A stretch of DNA of 64,000 nt from Rhodothermales bacterium. Its GTDB lineage: Bacteria; Bacteroidota; Rhodothermia; Rhodothermales; JANQRZ01. The position numbers and the translations under genes were made by a program. Every line of letters begins with the position of its first letter. Position 1 is the stretch's first letter. The notes under the pieces are model-generated. The model was given only the letters and a program-made list of their open reading frames with translations, did no database searches and was not told the origin of the DNA. Shown in pieces: positions 44,395-54,000 of this stretch. The DNA is taken from contig OZ244038.1 in NCBI GenBank assembly GCA_965215145.1, positions 90,257 through 154,256 on the forward strand. The letters are read 5' to 3'.

Positions 44395-45510
44395 ATGCGC
44401 CCCCTCCTCTTTGCCGCTCTGCTCTGCGGGGCGGTGCCCCTCGCCGCGCAACCGGCCGACTCGCTTCTCCCCCCCCCGTCCGCAGAACCCGACGAGGCCG
44501 ACCTCGCCGTCGGGGGGCAGCTCGTCGGGGCGGTCTACGAGGCGCCGCCGTTCGCCTTTAAGCACCCGGACGGGACGTGGGACGGGATCGCCGTCGAGCT
44601 GTGGCGGGACGTCGGGCGGGAGCTTGGCTTTGACGCCGAGATCCTCGAGGTCCCCGAGGCCGAGGCGCTCGCCACCGTCGCCACGGGCTCGGCCGACGTG
44701 GCCGTCGTCGCCGTGGCCGAGGCGGAGCCCGAGGCGGCCGTCGCGTTCACGCACGCCTACTACACCGCCCCGCTCGGCGTGGCCGAGAAGGGCGAGCGCG
44801 TGCCGAGCATCGGCGAGGTCATCGGCCGCGTGCTCTCGCCGACGTTTCTCTGGATCGTGCTCGGGCTGGCCGTGCTGCTGCTGGTCGTGGGGGCCCTCGT
44901 GTGGCTGGCCGAGCGGCACGAGAACTCCGACGACTTCGAGGAGGAGGCGAAGCCGGGGCTGTGGTCCGGGTTCTGGTGGGCCGGCGTCACGATGACGACG
45001 ATCGGCTACGGCGACAAAGCGCCGAAGACGGTCCCCGGCCGCGTCGTCGCGCTGTTCTGGATGCTCGTCTCGATGGGGCTCACGGCCGCGCTGACGGCGA
45101 CCATCGTCTCGGCGCTCGGGATCGGCTCGGGCGGCGGGAGCAGCAGCAACGCCAGCCTCCCCGGCGACCTCGAGGAGAAGGCCGTCGGGGTCGTCGAGCG
45201 CTCGGCGGCGGCGGAGTACCTCTCGACCATCGGCCTCTCGGCCCGCACGTTCCCCGACGAGAAGGCCGGCCTCCGCGCGCTGCGGGACGACAGCCTCGAC
45301 GCCTTCGTGGCCACGGCGCCGGTGCTGGAGCAGGCGATGAAGGACGTGGACGGGGACTTCTCGATGAGCACGACGCGGGTCGAGCCGCAGCGCTACGCCT
45401 TCGCCGTGGGCGCCGAGAGCGCGCTGCGGGACCGGCTCGGGCGGGCCGTGCTGGAGCAGACCCGCGGCGCCTCGTGGCAGGCGACGCTGGAGCGCTACCT
45501 CGGGGGGTGA
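44395..45510 (+). CDS. GluR0-type ligand-gated potassium channel (periplasmic binding domain split by a K+ channel pore)
   Basis: 371 aa from ATG 44395 (track TTG 44392). Signal peptide, then an SBP lobe (YEAPPFAFKHPDGTWDGIAVELWRDV). M1 is FLWIVLGLAVLLLVVGALVWL. Pore is WWAGVTMTTIGYGDKAP. M2 is VVALFWMLVSMGLTAALTATIV. A second SBP lobe follows. Confidence 0.75.
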   Translation: MRPLLFAALLCGAVPLAAQPADSLLPPPSAEPDEADLAVGGQLVGAVYEAPPFAFKHPDGTWDGIAVELWRDVGRELGFDAEILEVPEAEALATVATGSADVAVVAVAEAEPEAAVAFTHAYYTAPLGVAEKGERVPSIGEVIGRVLSPTFLWIVLGLAVLLLVVGALVWLAERHENSDDFEEEAKPGLWSGFWWAGVTMTTIGYGDKAPKTVPGRVVALFWMLVSMGLTAALTATIVSALGIGSGGGSSSNASLPGDLEEKAVGVVERSAAAEYLSTIGLSARTFPDEKAGLRALRDDSLDAFVATAPVLEQAMKDVDGDFSMSTTRVEPQRYAFAVGAESALRDRLGRAVLEQTRGASWQATLERYLGG

Positions 45511-45591
45511 CCGTCGGGGTCATAGCGCTGTGCCCTTGCACGTCGGCGCGGCGAGCCTTAGCCTGACCGGCAAGCCTCAGCCCTTCTAGCC

Positions 45592-47601
45592 ATGCGCCTC
45601 CTCCCGCTGCTCTTCGCCTCGCTCCTCGCCCCCGTCGCCTCGGCCCAGACGTTCAGCGACGCTTCCGACCTCCTCGACGGGGAGGGCCCCCCCACTGGCT
45701 TTTCGGGCACCAGTTCCGTCGTTGACGTCGATGGGGACGGCCGCATCGACCTCTACCGCGGTGGGCTCTTACGCCTTCAGCGGGAGGGGGTCTTCAACGC
45801 CGTCCCCGTCACCATCACCAGCAATGGCCACCCGAGCTCTATCGGCGGCGTTTTTGGGGACGCCGACGGGAATGGGCTCCCCGAGGCCTACCTCGTCGAG
45901 CTAGCCGATTCCGTCCGGGTGTGGGAGTACGCTCCGGCGCGGGAGGAACTGCGGCCTAAGGTTCGGCTCCCCGAGCCTCCGGAAGCCTTCTTCCCCCAAG
46001 GGTCGCTCTGGCTCGACGCCAATGGGGATGGGCTCCTCGACCTCTTCGTCGGGAACGACCTTGACGTAGACCTCCTTTACCTCAACCGGGGCGATGGCTC
46101 GTTTGACGATGCCAGCGATCAGCTCCCGCAGGTCTACCGCCCCGTCTACGGCACCGCCGCTGCCGACTACGACCGCGATGGCGATCCCGACATCTACGCC
46201 GGCATCTGTGCCACGTTCGCAGAGCTCTCCATAAACTTCCTGTTCGAGAACGATGGGGCCGGAGACTTCATCGACGTCGCGCCGAGGGCAGGCGTTGCCG
46301 ACAGCCTCGCCGGCTGGGGCGTCACCTGGCTCGATTACGACAACGACGGGTGGCTCGACGCCTACGTAGCCAACATGCCGGCTTCGCCGCTCGACCCGCG
46401 GCCCGGTCTAAATCGGCTGCACCGGAACCTCGGAGATGGGACGTTCGAGGAGGTCGCTGCTACGGCCGGTGTGGCCGGCGACGAGGAGGAGGACTCGTGG
46501 GACGTCTCCGCCGCCGACTTCGACAACGACGGCTGGACGGACCTCCTCGTGGCGAACTTCCCGGAGCCCCCCCGCCTCTACCGGAACGAGGGCGATGGCA
46601 CCTTCACGGACATCTGGTCGGACGCCGTCGGCGAGGAACTCCCCCACTTCGGCCACGCCGTCGGCGACGTGAACGGGGACGGCTGGGTCGACATCTTCAT
46701 TCCGGGGGGCGAGTCCCGGCTCCTCTACAATGACGGTGGAACGAACGGGTGGCTCAAGGTCCGCCTCCGCGGCACGGCGTCCAACCCCGACGGCATCGGC
46801 GCCCGCGTCGAGGTCGAGGCCGGGGGCCTCAGCATGGTGCGCGAGGTCTCGGCCGGGAGCGGGATGATCTCGCAGAACCACGCGCTCCGCGCGCACTTCG
46901 GCCTCGGCACAGCCGCCGCGGCCGACGTCACCGTCCGCTGGCCTAGCGGGGAGGTGGACGTGCTGGAGGGCCTCACGCCGAACCAGGAGGTCACGGTCGT
47001 CGAGGGGCTTGGGCGGAACGACCCGCCGGGGCCGTTCGCCCTCGTCGCCCCGGAGGACGGAGCCGGCTTCGACGAGGGCGCTCCGGTGACGCTCGTGTGG
47101 GAGGCCGCCCCCGACGCCGAGGATGACGTGAGCTACCGGGTCTACCTCGCCACGCCGGACGACGACCTCGTCTTCGAGACGGAGGCCACCACGTTCACCG
47201 TCCCGGACAGCCTGCTCGCCGAGGGGGGCGCGTTCTCGTGGGCCGTCGCGGCGACGGACGGCTACAGCACACGCACGAACGGCGGTGCGTTCAGCTTCAC
47301 TGTAGGCTCGGTGGCGGCGGAGCCCGGGCCTACTGCTGAGCCCCTCACCCTGGAGGTCTACCCAAGCCCCACGCCCGGTGGGGTGACGGTAGCCTTCACA
47401 TCGTCCGTCGCGGAGCCCCTCACGCTGGAGGTCTTCGACATGCTCGGGCGGCGGGTGCTCCAGCGTGACCTCGAAGCGCGACCGGCAGGACGGCACGCTC
47501 TGCCTCTAGGGACTGGCCTCCTGCCAGCGGGGCTCTACCACGTCCGGCTCGCCGGAGATCGGAGCGGGGCCGTCGTGCGCCCGCTCGTTCGCGTGGATTA
47601 G
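45592..47601 (+). CDS. FG-GAP/VCBS repeat protein with ASPIC/UnbV-like domain (CRTAC1 family) and T9SS C-terminal sorting domain
   Basis: 669 aa with signal peptide. Repeated DxDGDG-type loops (DVDGDGRIDL, DANGDGLLDL, DYDRDGDPDI, DYDNDGWLDA, DFDNDGWTDL, DVNGDGWVDI). NGWLKVRLRGTASNPDGIGARVEV. CTD is LTLEVFDMLGRRVL...GLYHVRLAGD. Confidence 0.8.
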   Translation: MRLLPLLFASLLAPVASAQTFSDASDLLDGEGPPTGFSGTSSVVDVDGDGRIDLYRGGLLRLQREGVFNAVPVTITSNGHPSSIGGVFGDADGNGLPEAYLVELADSVRVWEYAPAREELRPKVRLPEPPEAFFPQGSLWLDANGDGLLDLFVGNDLDVDLLYLNRGDGSFDDASDQLPQVYRPVYGTAAADYDRDGDPDIYAGICATFAELSINFLFENDGAGDFIDVAPRAGVADSLAGWGVTWLDYDNDGWLDAYVANMPASPLDPRPGLNRLHRNLGDGTFEEVAATAGVAGDEEEDSWDVSAADFDNDGWTDLLVANFPEPPRLYRNEGDGTFTDIWSDAVGEELPHFGHAVGDVNGDGWVDIFIPGGESRLLYNDGGTNGWLKVRLRGTASNPDGIGARVEVEAGGLSMVREVSAGSGMISQNHALRAHFGLGTAAAADVTVRWPSGEVDVLEGLTPNQEVTVVEGLGRNDPPGPFALVAPEDGAGFDEGAPVTLVWEAAPDAEDDVSYRVYLATPDDDLVFETEATTFTVPDSLLAEGGAFSWAVAATDGYSTRTNGGAFSFTVGSVAAEPGPTAEPLTLEVYPSPTPGGVTVAFTSSVAEPLTLEVFDMLGRRVLQRDLEARPAGRHALPLGTGLLPAGLYHVRLAGDRSGAVVRPLVRVD

Positions 47602-47664
47602 GCGGTAACGCAGGGCGAGGGTAGGTGAGGCTCGTTGTAGCTTCGCCGCCCCGACCCGCGCGTG

Positions 47665-49875
47665 ATGGCTCGCCTCGTCCTCCTGCTCCTCGTGGCCGTC
47701 GCGCTGAGTGGCGCGGCGCGGGCGCAGTACGGCGCCGTCGCCGGCACCATCACGGATCGGGAGACGGGCGAGGGGCTCGCGGGGGCGAACGTAACGCTCC
47801 GGGGCGAGGCGGGGGAGCTCGGGACGGCGGCGGACGCGGATGGGCGGTTCGCGTTCGGGCGGCTGCTGCCGGGGGAGTACGTGCTGCGCGCCTCGTTCCT
47901 CGGGTACGAGCCCTTCGCCGACACGCTGGAGGTCGGGTTCGGGGAGCGGGTCGCGGTGAGGGTCGAGCTGGGGGCGGAGGCGGCGGAGCTGGAAGCCGTG
48001 ACGGTCGAGGAGGAGGCCCCGCCGTCGAGCGCGGCCCCGGCGGGGCTGGTGCGGCTGCGCCCGGCTGACCTCGCCGCGGTCCCCACGCCGGACCTCGCCG
48101 GCGGCGACCTCGCGGGGCTGCTCACGGCGCAGCCCGGCGTCGTGACGGTCGGGGACCGCGGGGGGCAGCTCTACGTCCGCGGCGGCGAGCCGACGCAGAA
48201 CCTCGTGCTGGTCGACGGGATGCGGCTGTTCCAGCCGTTCCACATCGTCGGGTTCTACTCGGCGGTGCCGGCCGAGATCGTGCAGACGGCCGACGTCTAC
48301 GCCGGGGGGTTCGGCGCGCAGTACGGCGGGCGGATCTCGTCGGTGGTGGACGTGCAGACGCGGAACGGGAGCAAGCGGCGGTGGAGCGGGGCGCTCGCGC
48401 TGGCGCCGTTCCTGGCGTCCGCCCGCGCCGACGGGCCGCTCGTGCCGGGCCTCGTCTCGGCGGTGGTCTCGGTGCGGGAGTCGCTGGTGGAGCGGCTCGC
48501 GGCGGCGGCCGTCGGGGAGCCCCTGCCGTACCGGTTCGGCGACGCCTTCGGGAAGCTCCACGCCTTCTTCGACGCCCGCTCCTTCGTAACCGTCTCGGCC
48601 CTCGTCACCCACGACGAGGGGAGCCTCGCCGGTGCGGACGCCGAGCCCAGCCTCGACGACGACCGGGTGGGGTGGGCGAACCGCGCCGTGCAGGGCCGCT
48701 TCTTCTTCCTCCCCCGCGACTTCCCCGCCGCCCTCGACCTCTCGGCGGGCTACACCGGCTACGACGCCTCGCTGACCTCGGGCGGCGAGCGCGATCGGGA
48801 GGCGCTGGCCGAGAGCTTCGGCGGCGAGTTCGCGCTGCAGTACCTGCTCGGGCGGCAGCGGCTCCGGTTCGGGTTCGGGGCGCGGACGCTCCGATTCCAG
48901 TACCGTTTCGATGCAGGTGGGCCGGCGGCGCGGGAGGGGCTGACGGAGGGGACGGCGTTCGTCGCGGGCGAGTTCGCGCTGGGCAGCGGGGTCCGCGTCG
49001 AGCCGGGGCTGCGGGTGCAGACGTTCCCCGCGCAGCGGCAGACGGTCTCCCTCGAACCCCGGCTGCGGGCGGCGTGGACGCCGGCGGCGGCCGGGCGGCG
49101 GCACACGCTCAGCGGCGCGCTCGGCCTCTACCGGCAGGAGATCGTCGGGCTGACCGACGCGCGCGACATCGGCGACGTGTTCACGGCGTGGGCGCCGGTG
49201 GCGGCGGGGCAACCCCTCCCCCGAGCCGCGCATGCCATCGCCGGCTGGGAGGCGCGGTGGCGGCCGTGGCTCGTGACGAGCGCCGAGGTCTACACGAAGG
49301 CGCTCGCCGGGCAGGCCCTCCTCCTCGACGACCGCCTCACCCCGACCGACGGCACCGCGCGCGGGCTCGACCTCCGCGCGGAGTGGCGGCGGGCGCCGGT
49401 CTACCTCCTCCTCACCTACGGCTACGGCGCCGTCACCTACCGCGAGGGCGGACAGACGTACCGCCCGCCGCACGACCGACGGCACCGCGCCGGGCTCGTG
49501 GTCCGCTGGGCGCCGGGGCCGTGGGACTTCAGCGCGCGCGCGCAGCTCGCCTCCGGGCGGCCGTTCACCCGGATCGCCGGCTACGTCGACGTGCCGCCCC
49601 CGCCGAACCCGTCCGGCGGCCTCCCCACCGCGCCGAGCACGCCGACGGTGCTCACCGAGCAGCCGCTCTACGCCGCCGTCACGCCCGGCTACGCCCGCCT
49701 CGACCTCAGCGTCGAGCGCCGGTTCGACCTCGGCCCGGCGCTGCTGACGGTGCAGGCCGCCGCCGTGAACGCGACCGACCGCGACAACCTCTTCTACTTC
49801 GACACCCGGCAGGCACGGCGCGTGGACCAGCTCCCGCTGCTGCCGTCGCTCGGCGTGCGGGTGGACTTCGAGTGA
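47665..49875 (+). CDS. TonB-dependent receptor with N-terminal carboxypeptidase-regulatory-like domain
   Basis: 736 aa from ATG 47665. Signal peptide, then GTITDRETGEGLAGANVTL...DGRFAFGRLLPGEYVLRASFLGYE. Plug region GGQLYVRGGEPTQNLVLVDG. C-terminal beta-barrel ending VRVDFE. Confidence 0.8.
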   Translation: MARLVLLLLVAVALSGAARAQYGAVAGTITDRETGEGLAGANVTLRGEAGELGTAADADGRFAFGRLLPGEYVLRASFLGYEPFADTLEVGFGERVAVRVELGAEAAELEAVTVEEEAPPSSAAPAGLVRLRPADLAAVPTPDLAGGDLAGLLTAQPGVVTVGDRGGQLYVRGGEPTQNLVLVDGMRLFQPFHIVGFYSAVPAEIVQTADVYAGGFGAQYGGRISSVVDVQTRNGSKRRWSGALALAPFLASARADGPLVPGLVSAVVSVRESLVERLAAAAVGEPLPYRFGDAFGKLHAFFDARSFVTVSALVTHDEGSLAGADAEPSLDDDRVGWANRAVQGRFFFLPRDFPAALDLSAGYTGYDASLTSGGERDREALAESFGGEFALQYLLGRQRLRFGFGARTLRFQYRFDAGGPAAREGLTEGTAFVAGEFALGSGVRVEPGLRVQTFPAQRQTVSLEPRLRAAWTPAAAGRRHTLSGALGLYRQEIVGLTDARDIGDVFTAWAPVAAGQPLPRAAHAIAGWEARWRPWLVTSAEVYTKALAGQALLLDDRLTPTDGTARGLDLRAEWRRAPVYLLLTYGYGAVTYREGGQTYRPPHDRRHRAGLVVRWAPGPWDFSARAQLASGRPFTRIAGYVDVPPPPNPSGGLPTAPSTPTVLTEQPLYAAVTPGYARLDLSVERRFDLGPALLTVQAAAVNATDRDNLFYFDTRQARRVDQLPLLPSLGVRVDFE

Positions 49876-50717
49876 TGCGCGCGCGCCTGGGACGATGCAG
49901 GGAGCGACCGTTGGAGACTCTCTCTCTCCTCCTTCTCTGCTCCCTCCTCTCCCTCACCGGCTGCGACGAGGGTTTCGACCCCTTCGCCGAGGGGGCCGAC
50001 GGCGCGGCGCTCTCCGGCACCCTCGACGCCCGGCTCGACACGCAGTTCGTCCGCGTCGAGCCCATACGGCGTGCGCCGAATGCGGAGCCGCCGCCCCCCC
50101 TCGTCACGGCCACCGACGTCGGGAGCGGCGACGTGCTCGTCTTCCGGGACACCCTCATCACGACGAGCGACGGCGAGACGGCCCCGGCCGCCTTCAGCCT
50201 CCTCCGCCCCCTGCCGGGCCGGACCTACCGCCTCGCCGCCGAGCGCGCCGACGCGGCGGGGGCGCCTTCCGCCGTCGCCGTGCCCGTCCCCGCACGGCCG
50301 ACGTTCCGGGCCGGGTCGGTCGACTCGCTGGCCGGGGGTGAGATCGCGCAGCGGCTCACGCTGGAGGGCGCGGTGGGGCCGCCCCAGGAGGTCCGGCTCG
50401 AATACGACCTGACCGACGGGACCGGGACGGACCTCACGTCGAGCGTCCGCTACACCGCGCAGGCAGCGCCGCCGGAGGGGACCTTCACCGTCCGCGCCCT
50501 GCTCAGCCGCGACGCCGACGACCTGATCGGGCGGTTCGGCGAGGGGCTAGCGCTGCGGGGGCTCCGGCTCCGGTTCCGGCTCGTGCAGCCGCCGGTCCCC
50601 GTGGAGAACGGCCTCGGGGCCGTCGGCGCGGTGGCGGCGTTCGCGGAGCCCTACACGCTGCCGCGGGCGACGGTGCAGGAGCTCGGGTTCGAGGACGAGC
50701 AGGACCGGCGGGAATGA
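49875..50717 (+). CDS. DUF4249-like lipoprotein (usual partner of this receptor type)
   Basis: 280 aa from ATG 49875 (TGATG overlap with the receptor stop; the track hides it in ORF 48381-50717). Lipobox LLSLTGC. Confidence 0.55.
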   Translation: MRARLGRCRERPLETLSLLLLCSLLSLTGCDEGFDPFAEGADGAALSGTLDARLDTQFVRVEPIRRAPNAEPPPPLVTATDVGSGDVLVFRDTLITTSDGETAPAAFSLLRPLPGRTYRLAAERADAAGAPSAVAVPVPARPTFRAGSVDSLAGGEIAQRLTLEGAVGPPQEVRLEYDLTDGTGTDLTSSVRYTAQAAPPEGTFTVRALLSRDADDLIGRFGEGLALRGLRLRFRLVQPPVPVENGLGAVGAVAAFAEPYTLPRATVQELGFEDEQDRRE

Positions 50718-50780
50718 CGCGGCCGTGAGACCGGACGCAGCGCCGGCGCATAGCTTCCCGCCTCACCCGCTGCCCCTGCC

Positions 50781-51497
50781 CTGCGCACGCTCGTCATCAT
50801 CCCCGCCTTCAACGAGGCCCGCTCCATCGGCCGGGTCGTCGGCGACCTGCCGGACGGCGTGGGCGAGGTGGTCGTGGTGAACAACGCCTCGGCGGACGAG
50901 ACCGAGCGGAACGCCCGCGCCGCCGGCGCCACGGTGCTCCGCGAGGAGCGGCGCGGCTACGGCTGGGCCTGCCTCCGGGGGATCGCCTACGCCCGCGCGC
51001 TCCCGCCCGCGCGCCGCCCCGACGTGGTCGTCTTCCTCGACGGCGACTACTCCGACCACCCGGACGAGCTCCCGCATCTCCTCGCCCCTATCGCGCGCGG
51101 CGAGGCCGACCTCGTGATCGGGTCGCGCATCCTCGGGGCGCGCGCCGGCCGTGTCCAGCCCGGCGCGATGCTGCCGCAGGCGCGCGTCGGCAACCGCGTG
51201 GCGTGCGGGCTGATGCGGCTGCTCTGGGGCGCCCGCTTCACCGACCTCGGCCCGTTCCGCGCCATCCGCTTCGCCGACCTCCTCGCGCTCGGGATGGAGG
51301 ACCGGACCTACGGGTGGACCGTCGAGATGCAGATCAAGGCCGTCCGCGCCGGGCTCCGCTGCGCCGAGGTGCCCGTCTCGTACCGCCGGCGGATCGGGGT
51401 CTCGAAGATCACCGGCACGGTCAGCGGCACCGCCCGCGCCTCGGCCAAGATCCTCTGGACCATCGCGCGCTACGCCACCCGGCCGGTGGGCCGGTAG
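50781..51497 (+). CDS. family 2 glycosyltransferase (DPM1/GtrB-like); start codon non-canonical or unresolved
   Basis: The conserved N-terminal strand LVIIPAFNEARSIGRVV (50790-50840) lies upstream of the first ATG/GTG/TTG (GTG 50859). The in-frame stop is at 50751-50753, and the only candidates are CTG 50781 or ATC 50796/50799. Later motifs are VVFLDGDYSD and GWTVEMQIKA. Confidence 0.6.
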   Translation: MRTLVIIPAFNEARSIGRVVGDLPDGVGEVVVVNNASADETERNARAAGATVLREERRGYGWACLRGIAYARALPPARRPDVVVFLDGDYSDHPDELPHLLAPIARGEADLVIGSRILGARAGRVQPGAMLPQARVGNRVACGLMRLLWGARFTDLGPFRAIRFADLLALGMEDRTYGWTVEMQIKAVRAGLRCAEVPVSYRRRIGVSKITGTVSGTARASAKILWTIARYATRPVGR

Positions 51498-51528
51498 ACA
51501 GGGGACGGGAGACGGGGCGCTACGGCGT

Positions 51529-51668
51529 GTTCGGAAACTCCAGAAGGCTGTCATCCCGAACCCTGATCCGGGATCTCGGGGAGTCTGAGGTGGCCTTCTG
51601 AGATCCTGAACGCGAAGCCTCCCCGCAGGGAAAGAAGTTCAGGATGACACAGAGGGGAGTTTCCGAAC
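51529..51668. repeat. 140-bp nested palindromic (MITE-like) element
   Basis: Outer arms GTTCGGAAACTCC (51529-51541) / GGGAGTTTCCGAAC (51655-51668). Next layer GTCATCCCGAAC / GTTCAGGATGAC. Inner pairs GGATCTC / GAGATCC and GGGGAG / CTCCCC. Confidence 0.75.
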
Positions 51669-51686
51669 AGCGCCTAGCACTTCGCC

Positions 51687-51725
51687 GGGCGCTGAGTCAA
51701 GTTCGGGTCATTCGGCTCAGCGCCC
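51687..51725. other. stem-loop upstream of ilvE
   Basis: Perfect 10-bp stem GGGCGCTGAG / CTCAGCGCCC with a 19-nt loop. Confidence 0.5.
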
Positions 51726-51864
51726 CTACAGGCAGCGGGGGGTCTCGGGTGGCGCCAACCCTCTGCTCGCTACTCGCTGCCCGCTGGAATCGAAACCGCG
51801 CCGGGCTGACCCTGTTGATCCTGTATCTTCAGCTCCATCCCCTCTTCACCCGACGAGACCTCTG

Positions 51865-52833
51865 ATGCAGCAGCACGACATCTGGTTCGACGGCGAGCTC
51901 GTCCCCTTCGAGAAGGCCACCGTCCACGTCCTCTCCCACGTCCTCCACTACGGCTCCTCCGTGTTCGAGGGGATCCGCTGCTACGACACCGACGACGGGC
52001 CGGCCATCTTCCGCCTCCCCGAGCACCTCCAGCGCCTCGCGGACTCGGCCAAGATCCACCGGATGCAGATCCCCCACGACCTCGACGCGCTGACCGAGGC
52101 GTGCATCGACACCGTCGCGACCAGCGGGCTCGGGGCGTGCTACCTCCGCCCGCTCGTCTTCCGCGGGCAGGGGCCCATGGGCGTCAACCCGCTGAACAAC
52201 CCCGTCGTCACCATCATCGCCGTGTGGGCCTGGGGGAAGTACCTCGGCGACGAGGCGCTCGAGGAGGGCGTCGACGTGCAGGTCTCCTCCTGGAACCGGA
52301 ACGCGCCGAACACGATGCCGTCGCTGGCGAAGGCCGGCGGCAACTACCTCAACGCCTCGCTCATCAAGATGGAGGCGATCCGGAACGGCTACAGCGAGGG
52401 GATCGCGCTCTCGCCGAACGGGCTGCTCTCCGAGGGCTCCGGCGAGAACCTCTTCCTCGTCCGCTCCGGCCGCATCTACACCCCGCCGACGGGGCTCTCG
52501 GTGCTGCCCGGCATCACGCGGGACTCCGTGATCACGCTCGCCCGCGAGCGCGGCTACACCATCGAGGAGAAGCTGATCCCCCGCGAGGCGCTCTACATCG
52601 CCGACGAGATCTTCTTCACCGGCACCGCCGCCGAGGTCACCCCCGTCCGCTCGGTGGACAAGATCGCCATCGGCCGGGGCCGCCGCGGGCCGATCACCGA
52701 GGAGCTGCAGGCCGCCTACCTCGACGCCGTCCACGGCCGCTCCGATCACACCGACTGGCTCACGCCCGTGCCTGCCCGCGAAGCTGAGGCAGCACCTGCG
52801 ACCAACGGCGCCGCGCACGAGCCCGCTGTCTAA
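51865..52833 (+). CDS. ilvE: branched-chain amino acid aminotransferase
   Basis: 322 aa. [44 protein letters not shown]-type segment [34 protein letters not shown]. Confidence 0.9.
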   Translation: MQQHDIWFDGELVPFEKATVHVLSHVLHYGSSVFEGIRCYDTDDGPAIFRLPEHLQRLADSAKIHRMQIPHDLDALTEACIDTVATSGLGACYLRPLVFRGQGPMGVNPLNNPVVTIIAVWAWGKYLGDEALEEGVDVQVSSWNRNAPNTMPSLAKAGGNYLNASLIKMEAIRNGYSEGIALSPNGLLSEGSGENLFLVRSGRIYTPPTGLSVLPGITRDSVITLARERGYTIEEKLIPREALYIADEIFFTGTAAEVTPVRSVDKIAIGRGRRGPITEELQAAYLDAVHGRSDHTDWLTPVPAREAEAAPATNGAAHEPAV

Positions 52834-52839
52834 CTAGGG

Positions 52840-54000
52840 CTACTCGTCCTCGTCGTCGGGAGGGGGCTCGGGGTCGCGGAGCTCCTCCTCGGCGAAGATC
52901 TCCGCCTTCGGCGCGTCGTCCTCGCCCTCCGGCCGGGCCCACGGGAGGTCCGCCGTGATGGTGTCGAGGACGGCCTTGAGGAGGCCGACGAGGATCGGGC
53001 CAAGCACGATGCCGGGGACGCCGAAGGCGTAGACGCCGGCGACGAGGCCGATGAACATCCAGTAGAAGTCGAGGACGTGGCTCTTGGCCGAGGCCAGCTT
53101 CGGGCGGATGAAGAGCGAGAGCACGACGGTGTTGACGAAGGCCCCCCCGACGACCATCCCGACGGCCTGCCACGGCGCGTCCTGGAACACGAGGAGGTAC
53201 CCCGCCACCGGGAGGTACACCGACCACGACCCGACGACGGGGAAGAACCCGATCACGAACGTCGCCAGCGCGAGCACCACCGCGAGCGGGACCCCGAACA
53301 CGAGGCACAGCACGAGGATCACCAGCGACTTCAGCGTCTGCGTCACGAGCGTCCCGTAGACGGCGCCGTAGAGCACCCCGCTGACGTTCTCCTCCATCGA
53401 CTCGGCGAGGTCGGCGTAGCGGGCCGGCACCTTCCCCCGGAGGTAGGCGATGATGGTCTCGGCGCTCGTCAGCACGTAGAACGCCGTGAAGAGGAACACC
53501 GAGGCGCCCACGGCGAACCGCGCCAGCGCGCTCTGCAGCCCCGCCGGCGCCGAGGTCGCCAGCGCCGCCGCCTCGTCGAGCAACTCGCGGATGGAGTCCT
53601 GCGCCTGCACCTGCCCCGTGAACGGGAGCCGGTCGAGCGTCGCGTCGATCTGCGCGGCGACCTCGGCCGTGTGGGCATCGAGGTACTCGGCCGCCGCACG
53701 GACCTCGAGGTAGCCGTAGATGAACAGGGCGAGGACGGGGACGATCAGCAGTACCAGCGTCACGACCGCCGCGAGCGCCTCCCGGCCCGTCCGCTCCTCG
53801 AGCCAGCAGTAGACCGGGCGGAGGTAGATCGCGACGATGGCGCCGAGCACCGCCGCCACGAAGACGCGGTGCACCATCAGCACGAACAGCGCGATCACGA
53901 CGACGAGGAACGCCACGCGCACGAACCCCCGCCGGACGTCGGTCATGGGGAGGTCGGACAGCCGGAGGCGACCGGGAGCGGAGGGGCGGCGGGTGCTCAT
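52840..54000 (-). CDS. AI-2E family (PerM/UPF0118) transporter
   Basis: 386 aa, about 8 TM helices. GFFPVVGSWSVYLPVAGYLL and a C-terminal acidic tail. Confidence 0.75.
   Translation of the reverse strand: MSTRRPSAPGRLRLSDLPMTDVRRGFVRVAFLVVVIALFVLMVHRVFVAAVLGAIVAIYLRPVYCWLEERTGREALAAVVTLVLLIVPVLALFIYGYLEVRAAAEYLDAHTAEVAAQIDATLDRLPFTGQVQAQDSIRELLDEAAALATSAPAGLQSALARFAVGASVFLFTAFYVLTSAETIIAYLRGKVPARYADLAESMEENVSGVLYGAVYGTLVTQTLKSLVILVLCLVFGVPLAVVLALATFVIGFFPVVGSWSVYLPVAGYLLVFQDAPWQAVGMVVGGAFVNTVVLSLFIRPKLASAKSHVLDFYWMFIGLVAGVYAFGVPGIVLGPILVGLLKAVLDTITADLPWARPEGEDDAPKAEIFAEEELRDPEPPPDDEDE

Noticed and set aside
47506-49485. 659-aa minus-strand ORF, and the 5' part of plus-strand ORF 48381-50717
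   Set aside because: The first is antisense and the second an alternate frame of the TonB-dependent receptor gene. Only codons from ATG 49875 onward of the latter (the DUF4249-like lipoprotein) look genuine.
51786-51797. GGAATCGAAACC resembling a tRNA T-arm
   Set aside because: No acceptor stem, anticodon arm or D-arm can be drawn around it. No tRNA is supported.
51644-51865. 73-aa ORF upstream of ilvE
   Set aside because: It starts inside the right arm of the 140-bp palindromic element and shows no coding bias. It is most likely a fortuitous frame in repeat DNA.
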